NCBI GenBank assembly: GCA_021161835.1
Contig: JAGGZV010000051.1
Span: forward strand, 4,688 to 68,687
Reading direction: 5' to 3'
DNA: 64,000 bases
Source: Thermotogota bacterium
GTDB taxonomy: Bacteria; Thermotogota; Thermotogae; UBA12178
Shown here: in pieces, positions 37,715-49,008 of the stretch
How the letters are laid out: the number at the start of each line of letters is the position of its first letter
Numbering within the stretch: position 1 is the stretch's first letter
Translations under genes and position numbers: made by a program
The notes under the pieces: generated by a model
Database searches by the model: none
Seen by the model: the letters and a program-made list of their open reading frames with translations, nothing else
What the model was told of the DNA's origin: nothing

Positions 37715-38692
37715 ATGGCGATAAATATAAAGCAGTTGACAAAAGAGTTCAGCGATCCTCTTTCCATAGGTATAACCAGCGGACATCGTTTGTGTCCGGG
37801 ATGTGCCGCTCCTATGACGGTGAAGATGGCTCTAATGGTTGCGAAACACCTCGGCTATGAAGTCGTGGTTGGGTTAGCCACAGGTTGTCTTGAAGTTTCC
37901 ACCACCATTTATCCGTACACAGCTTGGAGTATTCCCTATATTCACAACGCATTTGAAAATGCTGCTTCCACCATCGCGGGAGTGGAAACAGCCTACCGTG
38001 CTCTAAAGAAGAAGGGGAAATTACCTGTGGATAAACCCATAAAATTCATAGCTTTTGCGGGGGACGGAGGAACATACGATATAGGTTTACAGGCCCTGTC
38101 GGGTGCAGTAGAACGAAATCACAATTTTCTGTATATACTTTACGACAACGAAGGTTACATGAACACAGGTAACCAAAGATCCGGTTCAACCCCTCCAGGT
38201 TCTGAAACCACAACTGCCCCTGTTGGTAAGGCCATACCGGGTAAATTGCAGTTGAAAAAGAACATCGTGGAAATAGTGGCTGCACATGAAAACGTCTATG
38301 CAGCTACCGCTACTGTAGGGGAACCTTTCGACTACATGAACAAGGTTGAGAAGGCGTTGAAATTTGAAGGCCCATCTTTTATAGCGGTGTTGTCACCTTG
38401 TGTGAGGTTCTGGCGAATCCCCGAAGATGCCGCTCCTTCTATAACCAAGCTGGCTGTTGAGACCAAGTACTGGCCTCTTTATGAAGTGGAAAAGGGAGTA
38501 TACAGGATCACCAAAAAGCCCAGAAGCTTTAAACCCATTAGAGAGTTCATCGAGAAGCAGGGTAGATTCAGGAATCTTCTAAAACATCCCGATGCGGACA
38601 GGATAATATCCGAGTTACAGGATTATGTTGATAAACGATGGGAAAGGTTGCTGGCGCTGGAAGAAGCCACCAGGGACAAACCCGCACGTTGA
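37715..38692 (+). CDS. porB: Pyruvate:ferredoxin oxidoreductase, beta subunit (TPP-binding)
   Basis: GHRLCPGCAAP...GDGGTYDIGLQALSGAVERNHNFLYILYDNEGYMNTGNQRS. Confidence 0.92.
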   Translation: MAINIKQLTKEFSDPLSIGITSGHRLCPGCAAPMTVKMALMVAKHLGYEVVVGLATGCLEVSTTIYPYTAWSIPYIHNAFENAASTIAGVETAYRALKKKGKLPVDKPIKFIAFAGDGGTYDIGLQALSGAVERNHNFLYILYDNEGYMNTGNQRSGSTPPGSETTTAPVGKAIPGKLQLKKNIVEIVAAHENVYAATATVGEPFDYMNKVEKALKFEGPSFIAVLSPCVRFWRIPEDAAPSITKLAVETKYWPLYEVEKGVYRITKKPRSFKPIREFIEKQGRFRNLLKHPDADRIISELQDYVDKRWERLLALEEATRDKPAR

Positions 38693-38746
38693 AGAGAATT
38701 CTTGTGTTATGATAACTTATATACGAAACATGAGGAGAGATAGCGT

Positions 38747-40729
38747 ATGCGTGGATGGTTTGCCAGAAGGCAGAAATTGATAATATGGACCGTCGCCATA
38801 GTTTTTGCTGTGGGTATCATATGGTGGTCTGTGGCAGGATTCATAGCAAGAGGTCGCACCTCACCTGTTGTGCAAAGCACTTCACTGTCTCCAGAAGATG
38901 CGTTTGCATACCTGACCAAAGATGGTACTCCCATGGCTCAAGAATACTGGATATTCGATGGAGAAGTTGAAAGTAGTATGGGTGATCTGCTCGACTATTA
39001 CAGATCCATGGGCGCACAATTCGATGAACTCTTCGACTATCCTGTTGTGCGTGCAAGCGTGGTTAATGACCTTCTGCACCAAAGGTTAATACGTTATTAT
39101 GCAGAGAAGAACGATCTCATCCCTTCCAAAGAAGATGTGGAAAAGGCCCTGGAAGATCGTGTCAACAAGTATCTATCTGATGAAAAGGCGAAGAGTTTTA
39201 TAGAAAGCCGTTACGGAAGCATTGAAAATTTCAAGAACAAATTGCGTCCCAATGTAGAGATGTCCATCATCCTGGATAAGGTCAAAGAGAAACTTGGAAG
39301 CGTCGATGAAGATGAAGTGAAGGAATATTTCGAGAAAAACAAATCTGAGATACAGAAGGAGTACGAAAGGATCAAAGCTCGCCATATATTACTTTCGAAT
39401 GAGGCAAGTGCTCTGGAGATCAAGCGGATGATAGAGGAGGGAGAACTGAGTTTCGAAAAAGCTGCAAGTGAATTCTCACTCGATGATTACACCAGATCTT
39501 CCGGTGGAGAATTGGGATGGTTTGGACGTGGAAAAATGGTGAAAGAATTCGAGGCTGCGGCTTTCAATGCAACACCTAATGTGCTCGTTGGTCCTGTCAA
39601 AACGCCATTTGGATACCATCTCATAGAGGTAGAAGACAAACTCGTTTTTCAAAATTTTGCTCAGCTGAAGGAAGCTACAAGTGTTTATGCGGAGATAAAG
39701 ACCAAACTGGAGAACGAGAAGTTCAAGAAAGCGCTGGAAGAGTTCAAAAAATCAGAGAAAATTGAATTTGTTATAAATGATGAGGTCACCCGTTTCTACT
39801 ATGACTACGCTACAGGCAAGGATGAAAAGGAGCGCGAGAAGATACTGGATACGCTTTCATCCAGTATATTCACCGGTACAGCCACGGAAACAGTGGTGGC
39901 TACAAGTGTGGATGATAGGTTGCTGGCTTTGTATGTGTCAGCTGTGGAAGAAAAGCTCGAAGGATTGAACGAGGTCAAAAGTGAGTACGATAGGATAATT
40001 AACCTCTCCGAGAGAGTCAAAAAGGAGTTGCTTGAAGATGCCACTCCCATCTTAAAGGAAAAGGCTGATGAATACCTGGAAATGGCCCGTGAAGCCACGA
40101 AGGACGAGTTGATAGAAAAATACGTTGATGCTTATCTGGATTACTACGATGCTTACACTTATAAGAATTTGATGGCCAAACATGCCGATATGAGTTTGGA
40201 GGATATAAACGAAAAAGCAAGAGAATTGGGAGATGAAATGGAAAGGCTTAAAAATAGAGAGAAGAAGGTCCTCCATGTTCTGTACGAACATGTACCGAAT
40301 TCTTCTCGGGTGGTTTCGAAACTCTACAATCTAGAACCGGATAACGCGAACGTAAGATTCGATTTCTATAGATTGAAGTACGAGTCCATAAAGAACTATG
40401 TCAAGGACCCGAAGATATACAAAGCATACTCCCAGTACCTCCAACCCGAAGTTTACAACATATTCGTGGGATTAGAGGGTCTCCTTGGAACATCGGATGT
40501 TTCCACGGACCTTAAGATATCGGCTCTGGAAATACTGGCCGAACTTTCAGAATACACAGGACAGTGCGATTCACAGATACACTATTTGAAGAAGATAAAG
40601 GAACTCGCCCCCGATTACGAAGGTATAGATGAACTCATAGAACACGCCGAAACCTTGAAAGCTAGCGCAACAGAAGCCGCAACCGAGGGAACCGCTGAAG
40701 CTTCTCCTACACCGATGGCTACCCAATAG
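38747..40729 (+). CDS. Membrane-anchored parvulin-type peptidyl-prolyl isomerase (PpiD/SurA-like chaperone)
   Basis: N-terminal TM (IIWTVAIVFAVGIIWWSVAGFI). Parvulin core is RHILL...GGELGWFGRGKMVKEFEAAAF...GPVKTPFGYHLIEV, with long helical flanks. Confidence 0.8.
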   Translation: MRGWFARRQKLIIWTVAIVFAVGIIWWSVAGFIARGRTSPVVQSTSLSPEDAFAYLTKDGTPMAQEYWIFDGEVESSMGDLLDYYRSMGAQFDELFDYPVVRASVVNDLLHQRLIRYYAEKNDLIPSKEDVEKALEDRVNKYLSDEKAKSFIESRYGSIENFKNKLRPNVEMSIILDKVKEKLGSVDEDEVKEYFEKNKSEIQKEYERIKARHILLSNEASALEIKRMIEEGELSFEKAASEFSLDDYTRSSGGELGWFGRGKMVKEFEAAAFNATPNVLVGPVKTPFGYHLIEVEDKLVFQNFAQLKEATSVYAEIKTKLENEKFKKALEEFKKSEKIEFVINDEVTRFYYDYATGKDEKEREKILDTLSSSIFTGTATETVVATSVDDRLLALYVSAVEEKLEGLNEVKSEYDRIINLSERVKKELLEDATPILKEKADEYLEMAREATKDELIEKYVDAYLDYYDAYTYKNLMAKHADMSLEDINEKARELGDEMERLKNREKKVLHVLYEHVPNSSRVVSKLYNLEPDNANVRFDFYRLKYESIKNYVKDPKIYKAYSQYLQPEVYNIFVGLEGLLGTSDVSTDLKISALEILAELSEYTGQCDSQIHYLKKIKELAPDYEGIDELIEHAETLKASATEAATEGTAEASPTPMATQ

Positions 40730-40736
40730 AAGGGTT

Positions 40737-41594
40737 GTGAATGCTTTGAAAATCTTCGTCGATGAAACTCTTGAAGACGTCGTGGGTGATTTTTTACGCG
40801 AAGAAGACGCCATTGTGAATGATCCGGAAGATGCCGAGGTGATCATCGGTTTTGAGCCGATGATCACCGATAAGATTTTACTTGTGAAACTGGATGATGG
40901 GCGCTGGAAATTGAGAAGTTCTGGCTGTGAGTGTGTTTCTGGGGATCTAACCTTTCTTCGAGCAAAGCTGGAACTCGAAAGGGAGAGTAAAACCTTCAAT
41001 CAGGTTTACATGCCCGTTGTAAAGTACAAAAAGATGGTCGGGGATCTGTTGAAAAGCATGGTGGTAACGATGGAAGTGGAAGATCAGGATGGTCAAAGTC
41101 ATACTCAAAGGGTTACCAAACTGTGCGAAGAATTTGCGCGATATCTTGGTTTATCCCCAAAAGTCGTGAATTTTCTTAAAGATGCCGTCATGTTGCATGA
41201 CGTGGGTAGAATAGGGCTTGAGCAGCTGATGTTGTACACACCCACCAGATTGCGTGTGTGGAGCAACTATGAGGTAGATCATACCGTTGTGGGGAGTATC
41301 TTCCTTTCCACGCTGGAATACTTCGAAGAGTATATACCAATTGTCAGAAGTCATCACGAACGCTGGGATGGAAAAGGATATCCGGACGGACTGTCTCAGA
41401 AGGATATACCTTTTCTGGCCAGATTGGTAGCGGTTGTGGATAGTTACGATTGGATGGTGAACACCGCCTCTTCCGAATTCGACGGTGGTCCTTTATCGAA
41501 AGAAGAAGCACTTGAGGAGATAAAGTCAGGAGCAGGGACAGCCTACGATCCTGAACTGGCAATGAGATTCATCGAATTCATGCGTCAGGAGTGA
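40737..41594 (+). CDS. HD-GYP domain protein (putative cyclic-di-GMP phosphodiesterase)
   Basis: HDVGRIG...HHERWDGKGYPDGL...ARLVAVVDSYD, with an N-terminal region of about 100 aa and unknown function. Confidence 0.8.
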   Translation: MNALKIFVDETLEDVVGDFLREEDAIVNDPEDAEVIIGFEPMITDKILLVKLDDGRWKLRSSGCECVSGDLTFLRAKLELERESKTFNQVYMPVVKYKKMVGDLLKSMVVTMEVEDQDGQSHTQRVTKLCEEFARYLGLSPKVVNFLKDAVMLHDVGRIGLEQLMLYTPTRLRVWSNYEVDHTVVGSIFLSTLEYFEEYIPIVRSHHERWDGKGYPDGLSQKDIPFLARLVAVVDSYDWMVNTASSEFDGGPLSKEEALEEIKSGAGTAYDPELAMRFIEFMRQE

Positions 41595-41601
41595 TGGATG
41601 A

Positions 41602-42486
41602 ATGTATTTTCAGGATCTGATATTTCGTCTCAGCGATTTCTGGAAAAAGAAAGGATGTGTTATAGATCAGCCATACGATGTGGAAATGGGGGCGGGTACT
41701 TTTCACCCTTCGACTTTTTTCAAGGTATTGGGAAGGAAACCATGGAGGGTGGCGTTTGTGCAACCATGCCGCAGACCAACCGATGGACGTTACGGGGAAA
41801 ACCCCAACAGGATGCAGAGGTACTTTCAGTATCAGGTGATAATCAAGCCGTCACCTGATGATTCGCAGGATATATATCTGGAATCTCTGGAATTTATAGG
41901 TATCGACCTGGGGAAGCACGAAGTGAGATTTGTTGAAGATAACTGGGAGTCACCCACTTTGGGTGCCTGGGGAATAGGATGGGAAGTATGGCTGGATGGT
42001 ATGGAGATAACCCAATTTACGTATTTCCAGCAGATGGCTGGCATCGACCTGGAGCCGGTATCCCTTGAGATAACCTATGGACTCGAGCGGATAGCGATGT
42101 TTCTGCAGGGTGTGGACAACGTTTTTGAAATGAAATGGAATGAGCATGTAACGTATGGGGAAGTCTTTAAGGAAAACGAGTACCAGCAATCGTGCTACAA
42201 CTTCGAAAAAGCATCGACGGATATGTTGTTCCGGGCATTCGACGACTTCGAGAGGGAATTTTACGCCTTGATAAAGGAGTCGTTGTATCTACCCGCCTAC
42301 GATTTTCTTTTGAAATCTTCTCATACTTTCAACATCCTGGACGCAAGAAACGCCATAAGCCAGATGCAGCGCCAGGAGTACATAGGCCGGATAAGGACGA
42401 TGGCGCGCGAATGCGCGAAAGTCTATCTTGAAAAAGCGGAAAAGGGGGAGGAAGGAATTGCAGCTTCTGCTGGAGGTAGGAGTTGA
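41602..42486 (+). CDS. glyQ: Glycine--tRNA ligase alpha subunit
   Basis: [36 protein letters not shown]...[17 protein letters not shown]. Confidence 0.95.
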   Translation: MYFQDLIFRLSDFWKKKGCVIDQPYDVEMGAGTFHPSTFFKVLGRKPWRVAFVQPCRRPTDGRYGENPNRMQRYFQYQVIIKPSPDDSQDIYLESLEFIGIDLGKHEVRFVEDNWESPTLGAWGIGWEVWLDGMEITQFTYFQQMAGIDLEPVSLEITYGLERIAMFLQGVDNVFEMKWNEHVTYGEVFKENEYQQSCYNFEKASTDMLFRAFDDFEREFYALIKESLYLPAYDFLLKSSHTFNILDARNAISQMQRQEYIGRIRTMARECAKVYLEKAEKGEEGIAASAGGRS

Positions 42487-44488
42487 GGAACTACCTCAGA
42501 GCGAGGTTTATAACCTGGAGAAACAGCTGCGAGAAAATACCGAAGATCTTTTCAGAAAGTACAGGCTTCGGTATGAACGTGTGAAACCAATAGTTGCGCC
42601 GAGAAGACTGGGCGTCCTCGTTTTCGGTGTGGCAGAAAGACAGGATGATGTTGAGGAGAAGAAACGAGGTCCTGCAAAAAAGGTGGCTTTCAACGAAGAC
42701 GGTACTCCGTCAAGGGCCCTTCTAGGTTTCATTAACTCCGTTGGTGCTTCTCTGGAAGATGTTGTGGTGGAGAGTACAGAAAAGGGAGAATACGCGTTTG
42801 TGACAAGAAAAATACGGGGAAAAGAAGCTAAGGAAGTGGTATCCGACCTTCTCAGGGAACTGGTCAACTCGCTTGGTTTCGCTAAACCGATGAGATGGGG
42901 AAGTGGTAAAGGGCCCTTTGTTCGGCCCGTACACTGGGTGGTGGCACTCCTGGATGAGGAATCTATACCTCTTGAGATCTTCGGCGTTTCTTCCGATAGA
43001 TACACCTGCTCTCACAGGTATTTGAAGAAAACAGTGGAGATTCGTTCGGCTGGAGAATATCCTGATGTTATGGAGGATTGTATGGTAATCCCATTCATAG
43101 AAGAACGGAGAGAACATGTGAGGCGAGAACTCGAGCGTGTGGAAATGGAGAGCGGCTTAAAAATCGTTGAAGACGGGGAATTGATCGACGAAGTTGTAGC
43201 CCTGACGGAGTATCCCACAGCTTTCCTGGGTGAGTTCAAACAGATGTTTTTAAGGTTACCTGCGGAAGTGGTGGAAACCGCTTTAAAGCATCATCAACGT
43301 GTTTTTGCGGTCGAAAAAGAGGGTATGCTTGTGAACAGATTTGTAGCCTTCATAGATGGACCACGTTCTCTGGAGGATTCTGTCAGGAATGGATATCGCA
43401 GGGTCATAGAAGCCCGTCTGGAGGATGCAGCTTTTTATATGGAAAAGGATAGGCGGAGGAAACTGGAGGATTTTTTGAGCGATCTTGACGGTATCGTTTT
43501 TCAAAGAGAACTGGGCACCATGAGAGACAAAGTTAGAAGAATCGTCGAGCTGGTAACATATCTTTCTCACAGTTTGGGAATAACAGGGGAAGTGCTGGAA
43601 AGGGCCCTCAGAGCTGCCCAACTTTCGAAGGCTGATATTGCAACCATGCTTGTGTATGAATTCCCCGAACTTCAGGGGACGGTAGCCAGGATATACGCAT
43701 CTCTTGATGGAGAACCGTATCCTGTGTGCGCGGCTCTGGAAGAGCAGTATATGGATCTTCCTGAAAGTGTGGAAGGTGCTCTGTTGTGTCTCGCCGATAA
43801 GCTTGATACCATAGTCGGTAACTTTCTGATAGATAACATTCCCTCTGGTTCTAGAGATCCTTACGGTTTGAAGAGAAAGGCTTTTTCGATCATGAGAACG
43901 TTGATAAAATTTGAATGGGATCTGGACCTTGGGCAGGTTGTGGAACATTGTGTCCAGCTACTCGGTATTGGTGTTCTGGATCAACGTTTCGAGGAATTCA
44001 TGAAGGCACGCTTACAAAGCATCCTCGACGAGGAAAAACTGGATTTCGATGTGGTGAGAGCAGTTCTTCATCTCTGGCGAATCCCCCTTCGCGCTTTCCT
44101 GTCCGGTAAAGCCCTGCAACGCGTAAAAGACACGGAAGCTTACCAAAAACTGGCAGTGGGTTTCGAGAGAGTCCACAATATATCCAGAAACCATGAATCT
44201 GTGGAATTCGATACCAGACTTTTTAAAGAAGATGCGGAGTACGAACTTTTCAGGCTGTACAGTGAGGTAAAACCCAGGGTTGAAGATCATCTGAAGCATC
44301 TGGATTATGGAAGTGCGCTGAATGAGTTGATCAGAATGAAGGATACAATAGATCGATATTTCGATAACGTATTTGTCATGGACGGCGATCTCGCCATCCG
44401 CATGAACCGGCTGGGATTCCTGAAGTCTTTGAGCAATCTGTTTTTGAAAGTGGCTGATCTGAGACATCTTGTGGTTGAGAAGGGATGA
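42458..44488 (+). CDS. glyS: Glycine--tRNA ligase beta subunit
   Basis: [15 protein letters not shown]-terminus. TTG 42458 follows SD GGGGGAGGA and overlaps the glyQ 3' end; the ORF-track start at 42428 is less likely. Confidence 0.92.
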   Translation: MQLLLEVGVEELPQSEVYNLEKQLRENTEDLFRKYRLRYERVKPIVAPRRLGVLVFGVAERQDDVEEKKRGPAKKVAFNEDGTPSRALLGFINSVGASLEDVVVESTEKGEYAFVTRKIRGKEAKEVVSDLLRELVNSLGFAKPMRWGSGKGPFVRPVHWVVALLDEESIPLEIFGVSSDRYTCSHRYLKKTVEIRSAGEYPDVMEDCMVIPFIEERREHVRRELERVEMESGLKIVEDGELIDEVVALTEYPTAFLGEFKQMFLRLPAEVVETALKHHQRVFAVEKEGMLVNRFVAFIDGPRSLEDSVRNGYRRVIEARLEDAAFYMEKDRRRKLEDFLSDLDGIVFQRELGTMRDKVRRIVELVTYLSHSLGITGEVLERALRAAQLSKADIATMLVYEFPELQGTVARIYASLDGEPYPVCAALEEQYMDLPESVEGALLCLADKLDTIVGNFLIDNIPSGSRDPYGLKRKAFSIMRTLIKFEWDLDLGQVVEHCVQLLGIGVLDQRFEEFMKARLQSILDEEKLDFDVVRAVLHLWRIPLRAFLSGKALQRVKDTEAYQKLAVGFERVHNISRNHESVEFDTRLFKEDAEYELFRLYSEVKPRVEDHLKHLDYGSALNELIRMKDTIDRYFDNVFVMDGDLAIRMNRLGFLKSLSNLFLKVADLRHLVVEKG

Positions 44489-45105
44489 TGCGCATGAGGG
44501 TGAGAGATTGGATGAATACTGATTATCCTTATTTCAAAGCTGATCTTACTGTTGGTGAGGTACGTGAACGGATCAATGCACTGGAAATCCCTCTGGTTGT
44601 ATGCGTGGACGGAGAGCGGAAATTGGTTGGTACCACTCATAAGGGCGATCTGTTGAATGTCCCTGATGATACTGTTCTTTCCGAGCTTGTAAAAATGCCC
44701 GAGTATTATGTTGGGGCGAACAGCTTTGTGGAGGATGCGGTCGTCTTCCTCTCGGAAAGCAAGGAGTTTGCTTTGCCTGTCCTGGATGATGACATGCGTG
44801 TACTTGGTGTCCTCACAGTTTTCGAAGTTCTCGAGTTTCTCATGGAAGCTACGGCCATAGGCGAACGTGGCGCGAGGATATCCGTATCTCTGACGGACAT
44901 TCCAGGATCGTTGAAAAAAGTTGTGGACGTTCTTTCAGAAAGTGACATAAACATTCTGTCCATTCTCACTTATCCCGAAGATGGTGGGAAGAGAAGAGTG
45001 ATCCTCAGGGTGGATGCAACCGACGTCGATTATCTGGACAGGCTGTTGAGAAAGTCCAACATTGAAGTGGATTCGATAATAGCTGAGGAGGGATTCGGTG
45101 GCTGA
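44485..45105 (+). CDS. CBS-pair + ACT domain protein (AcuB-like)
   Basis: Two CBS-like repeats (VRDWMNTDYPYF..., ...ALPVLDDDMRVLGVLTVFEVLE), then an ACT-like segment (RISVSLTDIPGSLKKVVDVLSESDINILSI). Confidence 0.7.
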   Translation: MMRMRVRDWMNTDYPYFKADLTVGEVRERINALEIPLVVCVDGERKLVGTTHKGDLLNVPDDTVLSELVKMPEYYVGANSFVEDAVVFLSESKEFALPVLDDDMRVLGVLTVFEVLEFLMEATAIGERGARISVSLTDIPGSLKKVVDVLSESDINILSILTYPEDGGKRRVILRVDATDVDYLDRLLRKSNIEVDSIIAEEGFGG

Positions 45106-45892
45106 CACTCTATGGGCTATAGTTCTGGGCATGGTCCAGGGTGCCACCGAATTTCTACCTGTTTCCAGTTCTGGTCATCTTCTCATACTTTATCATCTAC
45201 GTGATGTACCCATGGAAGCCCTGGCAATGACAGCCTTTCTACATCTTGGAACATTTCTGGCCGTTCTGATGTTCGTCAGAAGAGAAGTAGGAGAACTTTT
45301 CAAAGCTTTGAAAGGGTGTTTTTCCCCTATCTCTTCGTTTAAGGAAGATAAATGGTTCAGGGTGCTGATTTACACTGTGGTGTCCACGTTCGTGACAATT
45401 GTACTGGTTTTACCATTTGAAAGTAAGCTGGAGGGCATTTTCGAAGATCTCTCCTGGATGGTGGGAGTGTTCTATGTGTTCACAGCCATATTGTTGCTTA
45501 TTTCTGATCGTTTGAGGGGTACAATGAAGGTCGAATCTCTCGGTTTTTTAAAAGCTATTTTAATTGGATGTTTCCAGGCACTGGCCGTTCTTCCCGGTGT
45601 CAGTAGAAGTGGTTCAACGATATTTGCTGGGATCATGGTGGGGTTACAGAGGGATGAGGCGCTGAAATATTCTTTCATTCTAAGTTTACCTGTGACGCTG
45701 GGAGCAGGGCTACTGAGTTTGAAAGAAGTTGTGGCCACTCCCGTTTTTCCAGCCGTATCAGGTTTTGTGACGTCGCTATTTGTGGGGTTGCTCGCTTTGA
45801 AAGTTCTTAAGATGATTGTACGTTTACGCCGACTATCGGTTTTCGCATTTTATTGTCTGTTTCTGGGTATTGGTATCCTCTTCTGGAGGTGA
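45098..45892 (+). CDS. uppP: Undecaprenyl-diphosphate phosphatase
   Basis: GATEFLPVSSSGHL and PGVSRSGSTI motifs, with about 8 TM helices. Confidence 0.92.
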   Translation: MADTLWAIVLGMVQGATEFLPVSSSGHLLILYHLRDVPMEALAMTAFLHLGTFLAVLMFVRREVGELFKALKGCFSPISSFKEDKWFRVLIYTVVSTFVTIVLVLPFESKLEGIFEDLSWMVGVFYVFTAILLLISDRLRGTMKVESLGFLKAILIGCFQALAVLPGVSRSGSTIFAGIMVGLQRDEALKYSFILSLPVTLGAGLLSLKEVVATPVFPAVSGFVTSLFVGLLALKVLKMIVRLRRLSVFAFYCLFLGIGILFWR

Positions 45893-45896
45893 TCTG

Positions 45897-46529
45897 GTGG
45901 ATCTTCATGTACTGTACTCAGGAGGGTTGATATACACCAGGGATGGTGAGGCACCTTTCAGTACATCTCTGCTGCTGGAGGGTGGGGGCAGGAGAATACT
46001 CATCGACCCCGGCTGGCTTTTTACCATGAAAGTCTTGGAAAGGAAACTGCACGAAAGAAATCTTTCTTCCAGGGATATAACCGATATCGTCTTAACACAT
46101 TTCCACCTTGATCACATGTTGAATTCCATGTTCTTTCCTAATGCGGTTGTCCATATACATGAACTGTGGAAAGGAAAAGATTACAGGAAGTTCGGTGACA
46201 TGCAGGGGCAGCTGTATGCGAAGGTAGTGGAAAGCTGGAAAGAAGTGAAGGAGTTCGGTGACAGGGAAGAGTTATTTGGCTGCATGAAAGTGTTTCATAC
46301 TCCTTATCACAGTCGTGAGCATGTGTCCCTCGTGGTGGAATCGGATAACCTTGGAAGGGTTTTCATTCCTGGTGATATATGTCCTACCAGATTCGATTAT
46401 TACGATGTGATCAAAGGATACAGGAAAGACGATGTCGCATGGTTCATACTCGAGAATTCCTCCAATTGCGATTTGATAGTTTTCAGTCACGATGAGCCCC
46501 TGGAGCCGAGTGAAGGGAGGCGAAAGTAG
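45897..46529 (+). CDS. MBL-fold metallo-hydrolase
   Basis: THFHLDHMLN (HxHxDH-type) and a later HTPYHSREH. GTG 45897 follows SD GGAGGTG; the ORF-track start at 45816 overlaps uppP. Confidence 0.75.
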   Translation: MDLHVLYSGGLIYTRDGEAPFSTSLLLEGGGRRILIDPGWLFTMKVLERKLHERNLSSRDITDIVLTHFHLDHMLNSMFFPNAVVHIHELWKGKDYRKFGDMQGQLYAKVVESWKEVKEFGDREELFGCMKVFHTPYHSREHVSLVVESDNLGRVFIPGDICPTRFDYYDVIKGYRKDDVAWFILENSSNCDLIVFSHDEPLEPSEGRRK

Positions 46530-47983
46530 TGAATGTAGCGCTTGTGAGTTATGAGGTTCATCCTTTTGCCAAGGTGGGAGGTTTGGCAGACGTTTCAGGT
46601 GCTCTTCCAAAAGCCCTGAAGAGGATGGGGGTTAACGTTAAATTGTTTATGCCCAAGCACGGTATCGTGGATAAAAACGCCCAAAAATTTGGTTTGGGTA
46701 TCGAGAAGGTACTCGAGGGAGTGGATGTTCCCTTTGTCAACGGCGGTGGAAAAGTAGATGTGTACAGATCCCATCTTCCCAAAAGTGATGTGGAAGTTTA
46801 CATGATATGGAATCCAGAGTACTTCAAGTATGAAGGTGTGTACGACGCAGAGGATATCGGTAGACAGGCTATTTTCTTTTCATGTGCAGTGTTCGGAGTT
46901 TTCAAAGCTCTGGATTTTAAACCCGATGTTGTGCACGCCAACGACTGGCAAACGGGTTTGATCCCGGTGTATCTGAAGACAAACCTGCGTGATGATCCTT
47001 TCTTTCGCGATACTGCAACCGTTTACACCATCCACAACCTTGGATATCAGGGCGTCTTTTCCAGAGAATACCTTGAGTTCGCTGGTTTGCCGGTGTACCT
47101 GTTCAACATAGATGCCCTGGAATTCTACGGACAGATAAACTTTATGAAGGGTGGAATACTCTTCTCGAATGTTGTTAATACCGTTTCTCCCACATACGCC
47201 GAGGAGATTCAAACTCCGGAGTACGGTGCCAAACTGGAGGGTGTTTTGAAGGTAAGGAGTGCGGATCTGTACGGAGTGTTAAACGGGATCGATTATGAGG
47301 AATACAACCCTGCAACCGATAAAAGGATTTATGTGAACTACGATATCAACAACCTGGATAAGAAGTATATGAACAAATCCAGGTTACAGGAAGAACTGAG
47401 GCTGGAAGTACGGGATGACCTTCCGCTCGTTTCCATGATAAACAGGTTGGTGGATCAGAAAGGGCTGGATCTTCTCATGGATGTGGCCGATTACCTTATG
47501 ATGCTACCGGTGCAATTCGTGTTGCTGGGTACGGGTGATCCAAAGTATGAGAATTTCTTCCAGGAATTCGCCAGAAGGTATCCCGGAAGAGCCAGCGTGA
47601 ACATAAAATTCGATGCGGAACTGGCACAGAAGATTTACGCAGGATCCGATATTTTTCTTATACCTTCGAAGTACGAACCCTGCGGATTGGGCCAGATGTT
47701 CAGCATGAGATACGGCACGATACCGGTGGTCAGATATACGGGAGGGTTGGCAGATACTGTCTTTGAATACGATCCAGTCAGGAAAGAGGGCAATGGATTC
47801 GGTTTTGTAGATTACAAGAGCTCCGAGCTCTTAAAGTCGCTTGCAAAGGCCGTCTACTTTTGCACCATGAGGAAGGACGACTGGAGGCGTATAATTGTGA
47901 ATGCCATGTCCACGGATTGTTCATGGGATAGAAGTGCTGATGAGTATTTGAAACTCTACAATATAGCACGAGAAAAGCAATGA
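46529..47983 (+). CDS. glgA: Glycogen (starch) synthase, GT5
   Basis: VALVSYEVHPFAKVGGLADV, NDWQTGLIPVYLK and PSKYEPCGLGQMFSMRYGTIPVVRYTGGLADTV. Confidence 0.93.
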   Translation: MNVALVSYEVHPFAKVGGLADVSGALPKALKRMGVNVKLFMPKHGIVDKNAQKFGLGIEKVLEGVDVPFVNGGGKVDVYRSHLPKSDVEVYMIWNPEYFKYEGVYDAEDIGRQAIFFSCAVFGVFKALDFKPDVVHANDWQTGLIPVYLKTNLRDDPFFRDTATVYTIHNLGYQGVFSREYLEFAGLPVYLFNIDALEFYGQINFMKGGILFSNVVNTVSPTYAEEIQTPEYGAKLEGVLKVRSADLYGVLNGIDYEEYNPATDKRIYVNYDINNLDKKYMNKSRLQEELRLEVRDDLPLVSMINRLVDQKGLDLLMDVADYLMMLPVQFVLLGTGDPKYENFFQEFARRYPGRASVNIKFDAELAQKIYAGSDIFLIPSKYEPCGLGQMFSMRYGTIPVVRYTGGLADTVFEYDPVRKEGNGFGFVDYKSSELLKSLAKAVYFCTMRKDDWRRIIVNAMSTDCSWDRSADEYLKLYNIAREKQ

Positions 47984-48003
47984 TGTATAGGAGGGAAAGA
48001 TAG

Positions 48004-49008
48004 ATGCCTGAACTCAGGAAGGATCCGGTTATAAAGAGGTGGGTGATCATCTCCACTGAACGAGCGAAGCGACCCCACGATTTCAGGATTCCACAGGAGG
48101 AGAAAAAGGGAGGATTTTGTCCATTCGACTACGGCAATGAACATACCACTCCTCCGGAGATAATGGCTTTCAGGCCCGCAGATACCGAACCCGATACTCC
48201 GGGCTGGTGGGTCAGGGTTGTTCCAAACAAATTTCCTGCTTTGAACCCTTCTTTGAAACCTGATAGATATGGTCATGGTATGTACGATGCCATGGTGGGA
48301 TACGGTGCTCATGAGGTAATAATAGAAACGCCTGATCACAATACCAACCTGGCGTTGATGGAATATCGACAGGTGGAAGAAGTTATATGGGCCTACAAGA
48401 TGAGGTACGATGACCTCTCAAAAAAGAACGATATAAAGTATGTTCTTATCTTCAAGAATCATGGAGCTTTAGCTGGTGCATCCCTGCAACATCCACATTC
48501 CCAGCTCATAGCTACCCCTATAGTACCAAAGCGTGTTCAGGAGGAGCTGGATGGTTCGCGGGAATATTTTTCCTTCAAAGAACGATGTGTTTTCTGTGAC
48601 ATAATAAATCAGGAGCGCTTTGAAGATGCCCGTATCGTTGAAATGAACGATACCTTCATTGCTATCGCGCCATTCGCATCGCGTTTCCCATTTGAGGTAT
48701 GGATCCTTCCAAGACGCCATACGCACAATTTCGGTGACATAACGGAAGATGAGATAAAAGGTTTTGCCAGGATCCTGAAGAACACGCTCTACAGGATGTA
48801 CGTGGCGCTCGAGAATCCACCGTACAATTTCATGTTGCATACCGCTCCCACCACTGGTGAAGGAATGCAATATTATCACTGGCATCTTGAGATAGTACCG
48901 CGTCTAACAAAGGTAGCTGGTTTCGAATGGGGATCTGGTTTTTACATAAACCCCACGCCTCCTGAAGAGGCGGCAAAACATTTAAGGGAAGTGAAATTAC
49001 CGGAGTGA
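48004..49008 (+). CDS. galT: GalT-family HIT nucleotidyltransferase (galactose-1-phosphate uridylyltransferase-like; sugar-nucleotide phosphorylase possible)
   Basis: RKDPVIKRWVIISTERAKRP, VVPNKFPAL, and FKNHGALAGASLQHPHSQLIATP (HxHxQ active site). The usual CxxC becomes CPFDYGNE. Confidence 0.8.
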   Translation: MPELRKDPVIKRWVIISTERAKRPHDFRIPQEEKKGGFCPFDYGNEHTTPPEIMAFRPADTEPDTPGWWVRVVPNKFPALNPSLKPDRYGHGMYDAMVGYGAHEVIIETPDHNTNLALMEYRQVEEVIWAYKMRYDDLSKKNDIKYVLIFKNHGALAGASLQHPHSQLIATPIVPKRVQEELDGSREYFSFKERCVFCDIINQERFEDARIVEMNDTFIAIAPFASRFPFEVWILPRRHTHNFGDITEDEIKGFARILKNTLYRMYVALENPPYNFMLHTAPTTGEGMQYYHWHLEIVPRLTKVAGFEWGSGFYINPTPPEEAAKHLREVKLPE